Assembly (NCBI GenBank): GCA_951812755.1
Contig: OX638329.1
Span: 6,003,107-6,067,106 of the forward strand
Direction: 5' to 3'
Source: an uncultured Latescibacterota bacterium
Lineage (GTDB): Bacteria; Latescibacterota; UBA2968
DNA: 64,000 bases
Below are positions 46,363-55,626 of the stretch, in pieces; within the stretch, counting starts at the first letter, position 1; the number at the start of each line of letters is the position of its first letter. The position numbers were made by a program, and so were the translations under genes. Below the pieces are notes generated by a model. The model was not told the DNA's origin, ran no database searches, and was given only the letters and a program-made list of their open reading frames with translations.

Positions 46363-48873
46363 CTACCCATTGTCCCATTCAATTGTAAAACCCGTACTCT
46401 CTTCAAACGCTGTCGCGTGTGTACCTGCATCCTCTGGCACCATCGCCACTGGCACCACCACGCGATTCTCATTCAGATAAATTTTCGCCGCACCGCGCAC
46501 CACACATTCTTCTGGCGTAATTGCCCGCGCTTCCCGGGCAATCTCATCTTGATTGGCTGACGGACGCACCCGAATCTCCCACCCAATCCTCTCGCCCACC
46601 TCGTCTAACAACCCGCCATAGCGATTGCCCACCTGAGAGGAAATAAAAGCCGCCTCAATATACGAACCGCTCTTCAGGCCCATTTTTGATGGCGCGTGAG
46701 GTTGATCCCCAAATGCCCTTCGGATCTCGCTGTATGCTTTATTGATCTCCCATGCATCTGCCCTCTTCTCCGGCATTGCAACTTCTGTCTTTACACCCCC
46801 TGGCCAATCCAATATCAAATCAAAACCCGTCTTTGCCTTAAAGCCCGCTGCCGCTTCACCGCTTACCCGCTCCCAATCATCCACCTCATCCTTTGATACA
46901 TCAACAGCCAACATCACCGCCTTTTGATCCAGATGTAGCGCAGGCGCCTTCAAAACCCTTGCACCCGTTGGCACGGCCTCTTGCGCCTCTTCAAAAAGCC
47001 GTCCCTGATGCGGTGTTTCCCGCAGCCTGAGCGACCAGCCCGTCTCATCCTCTAATCTGCCCAGCGTCTCGCCATACTGCTCTCGAACCACATCGGGAAA
47101 ATAAAAAGCCAGTTCATACACGCCGTCATCTACATACGCGCTGCACTTAAACAATCCCGCCTCGGGCGGAAAAACCGACATAATATGCGCACGGGCCTCA
47201 TTCATCTCCATCGGCCCGGCGGCTTCTGACACCTCTTTTGGATGGAACAAATACGCACGCCGATAATCCGCCTCAAAAAATGCCCGTGAAACCGACAACA
47301 ACAACCGAAAAGCCTCCACCTCTGACGGCGTCGTCATCTCCGTACCAAACCAAATCTCCGCCAGTTCCTGCGCGCGAAACGGCCCCTGCGCGCCAGTTTC
47401 CCTCACATAATTATGCACCTCCGCAAGCGTATCATCGCTCAGCGGTCTTCCGCCTGAAACACCCGCCCGTGAAACGCGCCGACCATAGCCGCGTTGTCGC
47501 ATCGCCCCCATTGTCTCCACGGAATACACACCGCCATTTTCCGGCAACTGCACGCCCTCTGGCAAATACACATCCACCATCGAAGACAGCGCGCCGCGCG
47601 CCTCTGCATCGCCGTGTACCAGAAAACAGGTACGCGGTTTCAACCTCTGAACCAACCCCGTCAGTTCACCCCCATCTGCATGCGCCGAAAGCGAATACGG
47701 TTCCACCTGACACGATACGCGCACCCGCTGCCCATTCAACATCAACACGCGCTCCTCGGGATCTCTCGCCTGCATCAGATCCAATAGCGCACGCCCGGGA
47801 GACTCTTCATCCTGATACCCCGTTATAGCAATCAAATTCGCCGCATCGCCAGCCAAACGCTCGGCATAATAACTCGACGCACCCCCGATCAACATCCCCG
47901 AAGACGCCACAATACAACACGGCGGCCCCGACAAAACCCGGCGGCGATCAGCCGGTGACGACACCGCCCCCACAGCATCCGAATAAAAAACATCCTCACC
48001 GCGCTCTGCCCTGCGCCGCACCGATGGCGCGAGATCATCGCCAAAAGCCGCATACACCGCATTGACCGACCGCACCATCCCATCGACAAACACGGGAAAC
48101 TCGGGAATCTGCTTGCGCCGCATCGCCCGCGCCAAAATCAGAATAACCTCCTGAGAACGCCCCACAGCAAATGCCGGAACCAGCACCTTGCCACCCGCCT
48201 CAATCACCTCGGCCACGCGCAATGCGAGCGCGGCCTCTTGCTGAGCGCGATCCGCGTGCTGGCGATTGCCATACGTCGATTCCATCACCATCACATCGGG
48301 ACGACACTGCGGCACAACCATACCCGGAATAGTCAGTTGATTGGCAACCGACACATCGCCCGTCATCAAAACACTTTCTCTCACACCCTCAATATAAATC
48401 AATGCCGCACCCAGAATATGCCCCGCGGGAATCCATGTCGCGGTCAACGCACCGTCGCAAATCGGCACCGTTGCAAGCCACGGCACGCCCACCATGCGCC
48501 CCAATGCCTCATCGGCCGCCTCGGGCGGATAAAGAGGCAACTCGCCATCCCGGTCTTGCGCCATCAATTTCACAGCATCTGATAACAACACCTGTGTAAT
48601 CGCCTGTGTTGCAGGCGTAGAATACACCTTCACACCCGCCGGCAAACTACTCACCAAAACCGGCAACGCACCCGTATGATCGGTATGCGCGTGTGTAATC
48701 AGCACCTCATCGGGCATGCCCACATCGTCCAGCACCGAAAAATTGGGCAACTGCGACCCCTGTGCAGCCCCCATTCGAATACCCGCATCCACCAGAATGC
48801 GTCGCCCTTCAATCTCAATTAATGTACAGGAAGCACCGACCTCGTCGGCACCGCCCAAAAAATGGAGTTTCAT
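46363..48873 (-). CDS. Metallo-beta-lactamase/beta-CASP family nuclease with a long C-terminal extension
   Basis: LGGADEVGASC, ITHAHTDHTGALP (HxHxDH), beta-CASP-like middle region. About 380 extra C-terminal residues. Confidence 0.8.
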   Translation of the reverse strand: MKLHFLGGADEVGASCTLIEIEGRRILVDAGIRMGAAQGSQLPNFSVLDDVGMPDEVLITHAHTDHTGALPVLVSSLPAGVKVYSTPATQAITQVLLSDAVKLMAQDRDGELPLYPPEAADEALGRMVGVPWLATVPICDGALTATWIPAGHILGAALIYIEGVRESVLMTGDVSVANQLTIPGMVVPQCRPDVMVMESTYGNRQHADRAQQEAALALRVAEVIEAGGKVLVPAFAVGRSQEVILILARAMRRKQIPEFPVFVDGMVRSVNAVYAAFGDDLAPSVRRRAERGEDVFYSDAVGAVSSPADRRRVLSGPPCCIVASSGMLIGGASSYYAERLAGDAANLIAITGYQDEESPGRALLDLMQARDPEERVLMLNGQRVRVSCQVEPYSLSAHADGGELTGLVQRLKPRTCFLVHGDAEARGALSSMVDVYLPEGVQLPENGGVYSVETMGAMRQRGYGRRVSRAGVSGGRPLSDDTLAEVHNYVRETGAQGPFRAQELAEIWFGTEMTTPSEVEAFRLLLSVSRAFFEADYRRAYLFHPKEVSEAAGPMEMNEARAHIMSVFPPEAGLFKCSAYVDDGVYELAFYFPDVVREQYGETLGRLEDETGWSLRLRETPHQGRLFEEAQEAVPTGARVLKAPALHLDQKAVMLAVDVSKDEVDDWERVSGEAAAGFKAKTGFDLILDWPGGVKTEVAMPEKRADAWEINKAYSEIRRAFGDQPHAPSKMGLKSGSYIEAAFISSQVGNRYGGLLDEVGERIGWEIRVRPSANQDEIAREARAITPEECVVRGAAKIYLNENRVVVPVAMVPEDAGTHATAFEESTGFTIEWDNG

Positions 48874-48926
48874 AAATAGTTGTCCAAAAAACTAAAATAC
48901 GCTATTTTTCATTCACGAGATAGGAG

Positions 48927-49556
48927 GTGATGGCTTTGATCGATATTCAAGTCCTAAAAGAAAAAACGCTACCCAAAGAACCCATCTCAATTGAGCAATT
49001 TCTGGCATGGTGTGAAGAAGACATTTGGGCTGAATGGGTGGATGGAGAGGTCATTATTATGTCGCCAGCATCGCGCAAACACCAGCAAATTGCAGATTTT
49101 TTGTCCGCCATTCTCAGGATCTTTTCAGAAACCAAAAATTTGGGCCTCGCCATCAGTGCGCCCTTCTCCATGCGCCTCGATGAAACTTCCGCAGTTCGAG
49201 AACCCGACCTGCTATTTATAAGCACAACAAATTTGCACCGCCTCAAAGAAAGCTACCTCGACGGCCCGGCAGATATCGCAATCGAAATCGTCTCTCCTGA
49301 AAGCATTGGACGCGACTGCGAAGACAAATTTGTCGAATATGAACAGGCGGGTATCCCCGAATACTGGCTCATTGATCCCGTTCTTGAACAAGCCGAATTT
49401 TATATTCTGAAACGGGGAAGATATCATCTCGCTGACATCTCCGACGGTATCTTCCGGTCCCACATCTTACCCGGGTTCGACCTTCAAATCGCATGGCTCT
49501 GGCAAAATCCCCTGCCCAACACATTGCGCGTCTTGCGCGAAATCGGCATTTTGTAA
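48927..49556 (+). CDS. Uma2 (DUF820) family endonuclease
   Basis: EWVDGEVIIMSPA, EPDLLFI, IAIEIVSPES, EYEQAGIPEYWLIDP. Confidence 0.8.
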   Translation: MMALIDIQVLKEKTLPKEPISIEQFLAWCEEDIWAEWVDGEVIIMSPASRKHQQIADFLSAILRIFSETKNLGLAISAPFSMRLDETSAVREPDLLFISTTNLHRLKESYLDGPADIAIEIVSPESIGRDCEDKFVEYEQAGIPEYWLIDPVLEQAEFYILKRGRYHLADISDGIFRSHILPGFDLQIAWLWQNPLPNTLRVLREIGIL

Positions 49557-49568
49557 CGTCTTTGATCT

Positions 49569-50651
49569 ATGTTCAAATTACTCGCCTTCATACACCGTTT
49601 CACACTTCATACTTCTTGTATCTTCGTGTCTCCGTGTCTCCGCGTGAGGCCCTCTCGCATCTTATTACTCCTCTCAGCCATCCTGCTCTTCGGCTGCACT
49701 GAACGCCAAGTCCGCATCCACTTTGAACAGGCCGAAAAATATCGCCACGAAGGCAAAATCGACCTCGCCATCGAAGAATACAAAGCCATCCTCGCCCTGA
49801 GTCCCGATGCGATTGACGCCCTCAACAACCTGGGGTATCTCTACGTTGGAAAAGGCCAATATGCCAATGCCATTGCACAATATCAAAAAGCCATAGCCGT
49901 CAAACCCGACTTTGCCGAAGCCCACTTCAACCTGGGCGTCGCCTATGTCGCGCATAGCCAATTCGACAGCGCCATTGTCGCGTACCAGCGCGCCCTCCAA
50001 TACGATCCCGAAAACCATGAAATCCACAACAACCTGGGCGCTGTCCACACCATGGCTGGGAATCACCGGGAAGCCGAAGTCAGCTACCAGCAGGCTCTCA
50101 AACTCAAACCCGACTACGCCGACGTGTACCACAACCTCGGCCTGCTCTACACTTACGAAGGTCGGTACCGAGACGCCATCCCACAATATGAAAAAGCCAT
50201 CCGCTACAAACCCAATTTTGCCGACGCATACAATAACATGGGCAGTGCGTACCTCGAATTGGGCCAATATGAAGACGCCATCCAGCACTTTCAAACCGCC
50301 GTCCGCCTCCAACCCAATCACGCACTCGCCCAGGAAAACCTTCGAGAAACCAAAACGCGCATGGCAGCGCGAGAAGCCGGAGAAATGCGCGCCCAACACA
50401 TCCTCGTCAAAACCGAAGCCGACGCCCACAAACTGCTCGAACAACTCGACTCAGGCGCCAAATTTGAAGCACTCGCACAACTCTATTCCACCGACACAGC
50501 ATCTGGGCGACAAGGCGGCGACCTCGGCGCATTCCTCCCCGGCACGCTCTTGCCCGGATTTGAACAAGCCGTAAAAAAAATTGAACCAGGAAAAATCGGT
50601 GGACCAGTTAGAACTCCGGCGGGATATCACATCATCAAACGCATCTATTGA
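49569..50651 (+). CDS. TPR-repeat lipoprotein with a C-terminal PpiC/parvulin peptidyl-prolyl isomerase domain
   Basis: Lipobox LLFGC, so the true start may be GTG 49644. Multiple TPRs. C-terminal HILVKT...GGDLGAF...GYHIIK. Confidence 0.8.
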   Translation: MFKLLAFIHRFTLHTSCIFVSPCLRVRPSRILLLLSAILLFGCTERQVRIHFEQAEKYRHEGKIDLAIEEYKAILALSPDAIDALNNLGYLYVGKGQYANAIAQYQKAIAVKPDFAEAHFNLGVAYVAHSQFDSAIVAYQRALQYDPENHEIHNNLGAVHTMAGNHREAEVSYQQALKLKPDYADVYHNLGLLYTYEGRYRDAIPQYEKAIRYKPNFADAYNNMGSAYLELGQYEDAIQHFQTAVRLQPNHALAQENLRETKTRMAAREAGEMRAQHILVKTEADAHKLLEQLDSGAKFEALAQLYSTDTASGRQGGDLGAFLPGTLLPGFEQAVKKIEPGKIGGPVRTPAGYHIIKRIY

Positions 50652-50684
50652 AGCTCTATGCATCGGAGCAAGTTCCTCGAGCTA

Positions 50685-51005
50685 TCAGGCTCCAACGCCG
50701 ACGACTTCTCCGCGTTTCACATTAGATAGAGCACTCAGTATGTCGGAGATTATTGGTAGATAGTCCGCAATGCGATTACCTCTTGCAATGAGCACGATGA
50801 TTGGAATATCCTCTTCGGTTATGTTCTGTTGATGCTCTATATGCTGATCGGCAGTAATAAAGGCATCAAAATTATCCTTGGCCAAAGCCAAAAGCTCACC
50901 ATTGCTCTTGCCGTCCCATTGCATGTCTCTCGCTGTCCGCACCACATGCCCGGGTAAATGGCGTCTTAGCTGTCTTGGTACGGATTCATCAAGAAGCACT
51001 CTCAT
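50685..51005 (-). CDS. DUF5615 (PIN-like) putative toxin
   Basis: MRVLLDESVP start typical of DUF5615. Overlaps the upstream DUF433 gene. Confidence 0.65.
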   Translation of the reverse strand: MRVLLDESVPRQLRRHLPGHVVRTARDMQWDGKSNGELLALAKDNFDAFITADQHIEHQQNITEEDIPIIVLIARGNRIADYLPIISDILSALSNVKRGEVVGVGA

Positions 51006-51438
51006 AAGCGTAACTCTCCAAAGCCTCTTTCGCCATATCAAGTGCCTTCACTGCCTGCTCACGGCTCACACTTGGAAAGCCACACAAAAACTCGTCTAGA
51101 TTATCTCCAGATGCAAGATAGTCGAACAGATTTTTTACAGGCACGCGGGTTCCTCTGAACACGGGCAGGCCGCTCATGGTGTCCTTGCGGCTGTGAACAA
51201 CGCCATCGGCGTTCTCGCGCACCCTCTTTCCGATTTCCTCCACCGCCTGCTCGCGGCTCACTGACGGAAAATAGTCTAAGAAAATGTGTAGATTGTACCC
51301 TTTTTCCAGATAGTAGAAAAGTTTCTTCACAGGCACATCGGTCCCCTCAAAGACGTGGGCATCGTCTGCAACCTCCTCGCCACTTTGGATAACGCTATCC
51401 TCAATTGTGGTGGACACGCTTTTGCTTGTTTGCATCAT
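50989..51438 (-). CDS. Tandem DUF433 protein (putative antitoxin)
   Basis: Two copies of F.GT.VPVK.LF.YL..G.....FL..FPSVSREQAVE. AGGAGG RBS before ATG 51438. Confidence 0.65.
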   Translation of the reverse strand: MMQTSKSVSTTIEDSVIQSGEEVADDAHVFEGTDVPVKKLFYYLEKGYNLHIFLDYFPSVSREQAVEEIGKRVRENADGVVHSRKDTMSGLPVFRGTRVPVKNLFDYLASGDNLDEFLCGFPSVSREQAVKALDMAKEALESYAYESAS

Positions 51439-51464
51439 GGCATTCCTCCTTTTAATCGCGCCTA

Positions 51465-54338
51465 TCAATCACCCAGCACAAACCGCGCCTGCTTGCTCAC
51501 GCTGGGTGTATTTGGCTTGTTCAAATCCGTCACCACCACCTCGATCTCCAATTGCTCTTTGCTATTCTCGGGCACATCCAGCGCAATATAAAGCGACTCT
51601 GATGTCGCGGTTCCCGTATGCTCATAAGAAATCTGCACCCCATCGGCCCGTGGCGTTTGGCTCAACAGCCGTCCCAATCCCCGAATCAGACCCGTACCCT
51701 GTACCCCCTTAAGCCTGTACTCCACGCGATAACGGGTTTGCCCAAACGCATCCCGGCTCAAATTGTAAACCTCGTAATAGAGATAAACCGGTTGCCCCTT
51801 TGCAAAAGTCTTAGACGGCAGGGGCACCACCCGCAAATCTCCCTTTTGGAACTTTCCTACCTGCTCTCCCACCTCGACAATCTGCCCCGCCAATTCCAGA
51901 TCGCTCAGAGTTAGAGCCTCACCGCGGAAAGATGAAACCGCGACATACGTCTTATGCACCTGAACTTTTCGACTTATGGGATCGCGCACCTGAGCCGCCA
52001 ATAAATACTGCCCAGGAGACAGCGCCGCGCGCACCTGATCCACCATCAGCGTCCCCTTCCCCGCCTGCCCACTGAAAGCTTCAGCCACCCGCACACTATC
52101 CCGAAAAACCGGCCTCAGCGACCGATCATAAACCACCACATCTCGATCCAGCATTACCTGTGAATTTTCCGACGGCGTCAAAGCGGCCATCGGCACCCCC
52201 ATATACGCCTCCATAGCCGTCTCCCGCTCCGATGCCCGGAAATTTGCCGTGTACATATAAAAGTCCAGAGGATCGCCCCCATAATCATGCACATAAACCG
52301 AAGGCGTATGGGACACAACCCGCGCCACAACCGTCTCGGGCGCCATCCGCGACCACAGCGCGTGATTGGGCGAATTGGGCGGAATGGGTGCGAAATCAAA
52401 AAAACCGCTACCAGTCGGATCCAAAAACGTAATCTCAATCCCCCCGCCGACCTCGGCATAAATCCACGACTCCCACTTATAACCCAGCTCAGACCCATCG
52501 AGCATCACACTGCGCCTGCGCGGTATCGGGAAAGTCGGCACCCCCCGCAACTCAGCTGTCTCAGGCTCCACTCCATATCCATAAGACGACCGCGACTGCC
52601 CGTGTACATGCTTGCTCGGCGACACTTCTTCCAGAGCATTTGCAGCCATCATATTCAGGCGATTCTTCACCTTTGCGACTTTCTCATCCGTCTCAAACAC
52701 CAGATAATCCGACCAACTCTGATGGTCCGGGTGCCCCAGCCGAATGTACACATCGCCCCGCCGGTCCCATCCCCGGCCGTGCCACTCTTCCAGACCCTCG
52801 GCAAAATTTGAACGCGCGAAATGCACCCGTCGATAATGCTCAACACGGCGCTCGTTCACCCGTGTCGTCGGCGTGGGGTCCTGCTCCAGCCAGAAAACAT
52901 CTCGAAGCCGTGTTAGCGACCGACCAAACGCTCCTTGTATCTTGGCAAGCACTTCCGCAGAAGCCACCAGCGACAAATCCTGATAATATTCCCGCTCTGT
53001 CGGATCCAAAAACTGAAAATAGCGGCCAAAAGTAGCCTGTGCCTGGACAAAATCCCCCCGCTCAATATACATCTCGGCCAAAAGCGGCAAATACTCCTTC
53101 GGCTTTGTCTTTGCCATCGCCTTCAGGTCGTCCAGACTATAGGTCTCCTTCCCCGCGCTCTTCAACCGCATCGCCACATGCGCCAGACGCGCAGGCGTAA
53201 TGGGATGGCCGGGATTCACCGCTATCTGCCGCGAATACGCTTTCATCGCCTTGTCGTAATAGCGCAGCGACTCGTAAAAAACACCCAGCTTGAAATACGC
53301 GTCATAGTGATCCGGAAAAAGCTCCACCACATTCCCAAAATAATAATCCAGATCCACCCGATCCATCCCCACCATCGCCAGATGGCACATCCCCAGATTG
53401 TAGTGTGCCGCCGGATATGCTTTATCCATCGCACAGGCCTCGCGGAACAACCTCAGTGCCCGCGACTTCTGGCCCGGCATCTTCAACGCCGCCAGCGCCC
53501 GCCCATTGCGCGCCTCCACAAATTTCTTCTGCTTCTTAATCGCCCCTAAGAACAGTTTCTCTGCCTCCTTCACCTCGTCTTGCTCCAGACGAAGATAGCC
53601 CAGCGCGCACATCGCCACCACATCATTCGGGTGTAAAATCAGCATCCGATCGCAAATACGGGCAGCCTCTGTCACCAGCTTTTCATCCAGAGCCTGCGCC
53701 CGCGTAATATACTTCTTCGGAATCAAATCTCCCCGCTCAAAATACGCATCTGACACCGTCACATAGCGGCGCCCAAAGTGGTAATCGTAATAATACTTCA
53801 ACACCAGCGGATTGCGCCCCTGCCAAAACCGCGCCAAAAACAGCCCCTTCGCCTTCCGATCCAACGCCTTGTAAAAAGCCGCCGTATCCGCATTGGCCAC
53901 CTCTGCCAAAATCAAACCCGCCACCTGATCTTCAAACTCGCCAAAACTCGCCTGCAACTCCACCCCAGCGATCTGCTGATCCCCCTCCTCGGCACTATCC
54001 TCTCGCTCTATCATTTTAATAAGCGACTTCTCTATCCGAAGTTCGCCTATTGACGTCTTGACCACCACCTCTGCCTCTGATTCCGACACCATCTCACCCT
54101 TCAACACCGTACCATCCTCGAGCAACACAGTAATATTGCGCGAAGGTCGCTCTATCATTTTAATAAGCGACTTTTCTACCCGGAGTTCCCCCATCGATGT
54201 CTTGAGCACCACCTCAGAATCTGACTCTGACACGATCTCGCCCTTCAACACCGTACCATCCTCGAGCAATACCGTTGCGCCATAAGCAGATGCAACCGCC
54301 AAAAAGAAGCAAAATACAATCAAAAAAGCATTCAACAT
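51465..54338 (-). CDS. Secreted TPR plus GWxTD-domain protein
   Basis: Signal peptide. Two tandem units of about 48 aa (VLLEDGTVLKGE.VSES..EVV.KTS.GELR.EKSLIKMIER). TPRs. GRGWDRRGDVYIRLGHPD (GWxTD-like). Confidence 0.7.
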   Translation of the reverse strand: MLNAFLIVFCFFLAVASAYGATVLLEDGTVLKGEIVSESDSEVVLKTSMGELRVEKSLIKMIERPSRNITVLLEDGTVLKGEMVSESEAEVVVKTSIGELRIEKSLIKMIEREDSAEEGDQQIAGVELQASFGEFEDQVAGLILAEVANADTAAFYKALDRKAKGLFLARFWQGRNPLVLKYYYDYHFGRRYVTVSDAYFERGDLIPKKYITRAQALDEKLVTEAARICDRMLILHPNDVVAMCALGYLRLEQDEVKEAEKLFLGAIKKQKKFVEARNGRALAALKMPGQKSRALRLFREACAMDKAYPAAHYNLGMCHLAMVGMDRVDLDYYFGNVVELFPDHYDAYFKLGVFYESLRYYDKAMKAYSRQIAVNPGHPITPARLAHVAMRLKSAGKETYSLDDLKAMAKTKPKEYLPLLAEMYIERGDFVQAQATFGRYFQFLDPTEREYYQDLSLVASAEVLAKIQGAFGRSLTRLRDVFWLEQDPTPTTRVNERRVEHYRRVHFARSNFAEGLEEWHGRGWDRRGDVYIRLGHPDHQSWSDYLVFETDEKVAKVKNRLNMMAANALEEVSPSKHVHGQSRSSYGYGVEPETAELRGVPTFPIPRRRSVMLDGSELGYKWESWIYAEVGGGIEITFLDPTGSGFFDFAPIPPNSPNHALWSRMAPETVVARVVSHTPSVYVHDYGGDPLDFYMYTANFRASERETAMEAYMGVPMAALTPSENSQVMLDRDVVVYDRSLRPVFRDSVRVAEAFSGQAGKGTLMVDQVRAALSPGQYLLAAQVRDPISRKVQVHKTYVAVSSFRGEALTLSDLELAGQIVEVGEQVGKFQKGDLRVVPLPSKTFAKGQPVYLYYEVYNLSRDAFGQTRYRVEYRLKGVQGTGLIRGLGRLLSQTPRADGVQISYEHTGTATSESLYIALDVPENSKEQLEIEVVVTDLNKPNTPSVSKQARFVLGD

Positions 54339-54498
54339 ACATCCCTTCCTTGAAAAACCCCGGCAAAGGCAGATACAATACCCCTTCCCCGCACACCTGT
54401 CAAGCCATGAAAAAACGGCGGAAGGACATTGCGTCCCTCCGCCGTTGTGATTCTGCTCACAGGGCAGTCAGCAAAGACAAACCACCCCGATCACTGAC

Positions 54499-55617
54499 TT
54501 AGAAAGTAACAGCAGCACTGAGGATATGCACCGCAGAGAAGAAAGCACTATCAAACTGCTTGAATGCATAATCCACCTTCACGCCCTGACCACCTTCGGT
54601 CTTAAACTGCAACCCACCACCTGCAGAGATACCCTCTGTATCGTGGTTGGTCTTATACCCACCTCGCAGCGTAAAACCAACCGAGGAACCCGCTGCGCGA
54701 TACGTATATTCGGCGCCGACGTGAATGCGCTCATCAAAATCGATGGGATTATTCACATCCAAAGCCAGGTCCAGATGGTGCGGCACAGGCGTATTGCCCA
54801 TCATCGAAATCATATCGACGAGCAAGCCCAGGCGGATATTCCGCGGCAACTCAAACTGCTCCCGCTGATAAACCACCTCTGTGCTAAAATTCTGCACACT
54901 CATCGCCATCACCGTATTCCGGAACCCCGTATTGAAATACGTACCCAGGTCAAAGGCAAAGGCATTCTTAGAATTTTCCACCGTCTGCCTGGAGGCCCCC
55001 AAAAAGATATTACCAGTGCCCAGATCCTGATGGGCAAGCCTGAGGGTCGCTCCTGCGGAAAAACGATCGGTAATTTTGAGACCATAAGCCGCAGAAATGG
55101 CATAATTGCTGGTGGTAATCTCGCCCTCGTCTTTGAACCCTGCGCCAGCGGGATTTGGATCAATGGATGTACCGTTGACAGTACCCGCATCGAAAGTCAC
55201 AATCGAAAGACCGAACGTCCCTCTGCCCGGCATATTCACCGCAACACCAGCGACCATACTCCTGGTATCGACGAGCCAATCGACATAAGTGACATGCGCT
55301 TCTCTACCTTCCATAAAAGCCAGCGCACCCGGATTGAAAAGAATCGCCGACCCACTGCCGATCAACCCCACCCCGGCGCCACCCAGAGCAGCGGTGCGAG
55401 CATCGGTGGGAATAGCCAGGAAAGCAAAACCAGCCTGTCCGGTCTTGATAAACGTCGGCGAGGCTTCTTCAAAGCCAGGAACAACGGGATCCAGTTCACG
55501 AACGCGACCATCGAAGTTGTCGGTCACGCCAGTAGCAACACTCCCCTGGGCAAACATATCGCTCGGCATCAGCCCCGCGCACACAAGCGCGATTAGAATA
55601 TATTTTTTCACGATCAT
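54499..55617 (-). CDS. PorV-like outer-membrane beta-barrel protein
   Basis: Signal peptide. GFAFLAIPTDARTAALGGAGVG resembles the PorV N-terminal motif. C-terminal residue is Phe. Confidence 0.55.
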   Translation of the reverse strand: MIVKKYILIALVCAGLMPSDMFAQGSVATGVTDNFDGRVRELDPVVPGFEEASPTFIKTGQAGFAFLAIPTDARTAALGGAGVGLIGSGSAILFNPGALAFMEGREAHVTYVDWLVDTRSMVAGVAVNMPGRGTFGLSIVTFDAGTVNGTSIDPNPAGAGFKDEGEITTSNYAISAAYGLKITDRFSAGATLRLAHQDLGTGNIFLGASRQTVENSKNAFAFDLGTYFNTGFRNTVMAMSVQNFSTEVVYQREQFELPRNIRLGLLVDMISMMGNTPVPHHLDLALDVNNPIDFDERIHVGAEYTYRAAGSSVGFTLRGGYKTNHDTEGISAGGGLQFKTEGGQGVKVDYAFKQFDSAFFSAVHILSAAVTF

Positions 55618-55626
55618 CCTCCTTAT

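Noticed and set aside
49674-50444. 256-aa minus-strand ORF, plus the 220-aa + ORF at 49912-50574
   Set aside because: They overlap the TPR-parvulin gene in other frames, with repetitive V/F/G or T/P/S composition caused by the TPR repeat periodicity.
52287-53549. The + strand ORFs 52287-52811, 52640-53035 and 52935-53549
   Set aside because: They are shadows of the GWxTD/TPR gene.
54526-55596. 356-aa + strand ORF
   Set aside because: It is antisense to the PorV-like OMP gene, which has a signal peptide and a C-terminal Phe. It is a shadow ORF.
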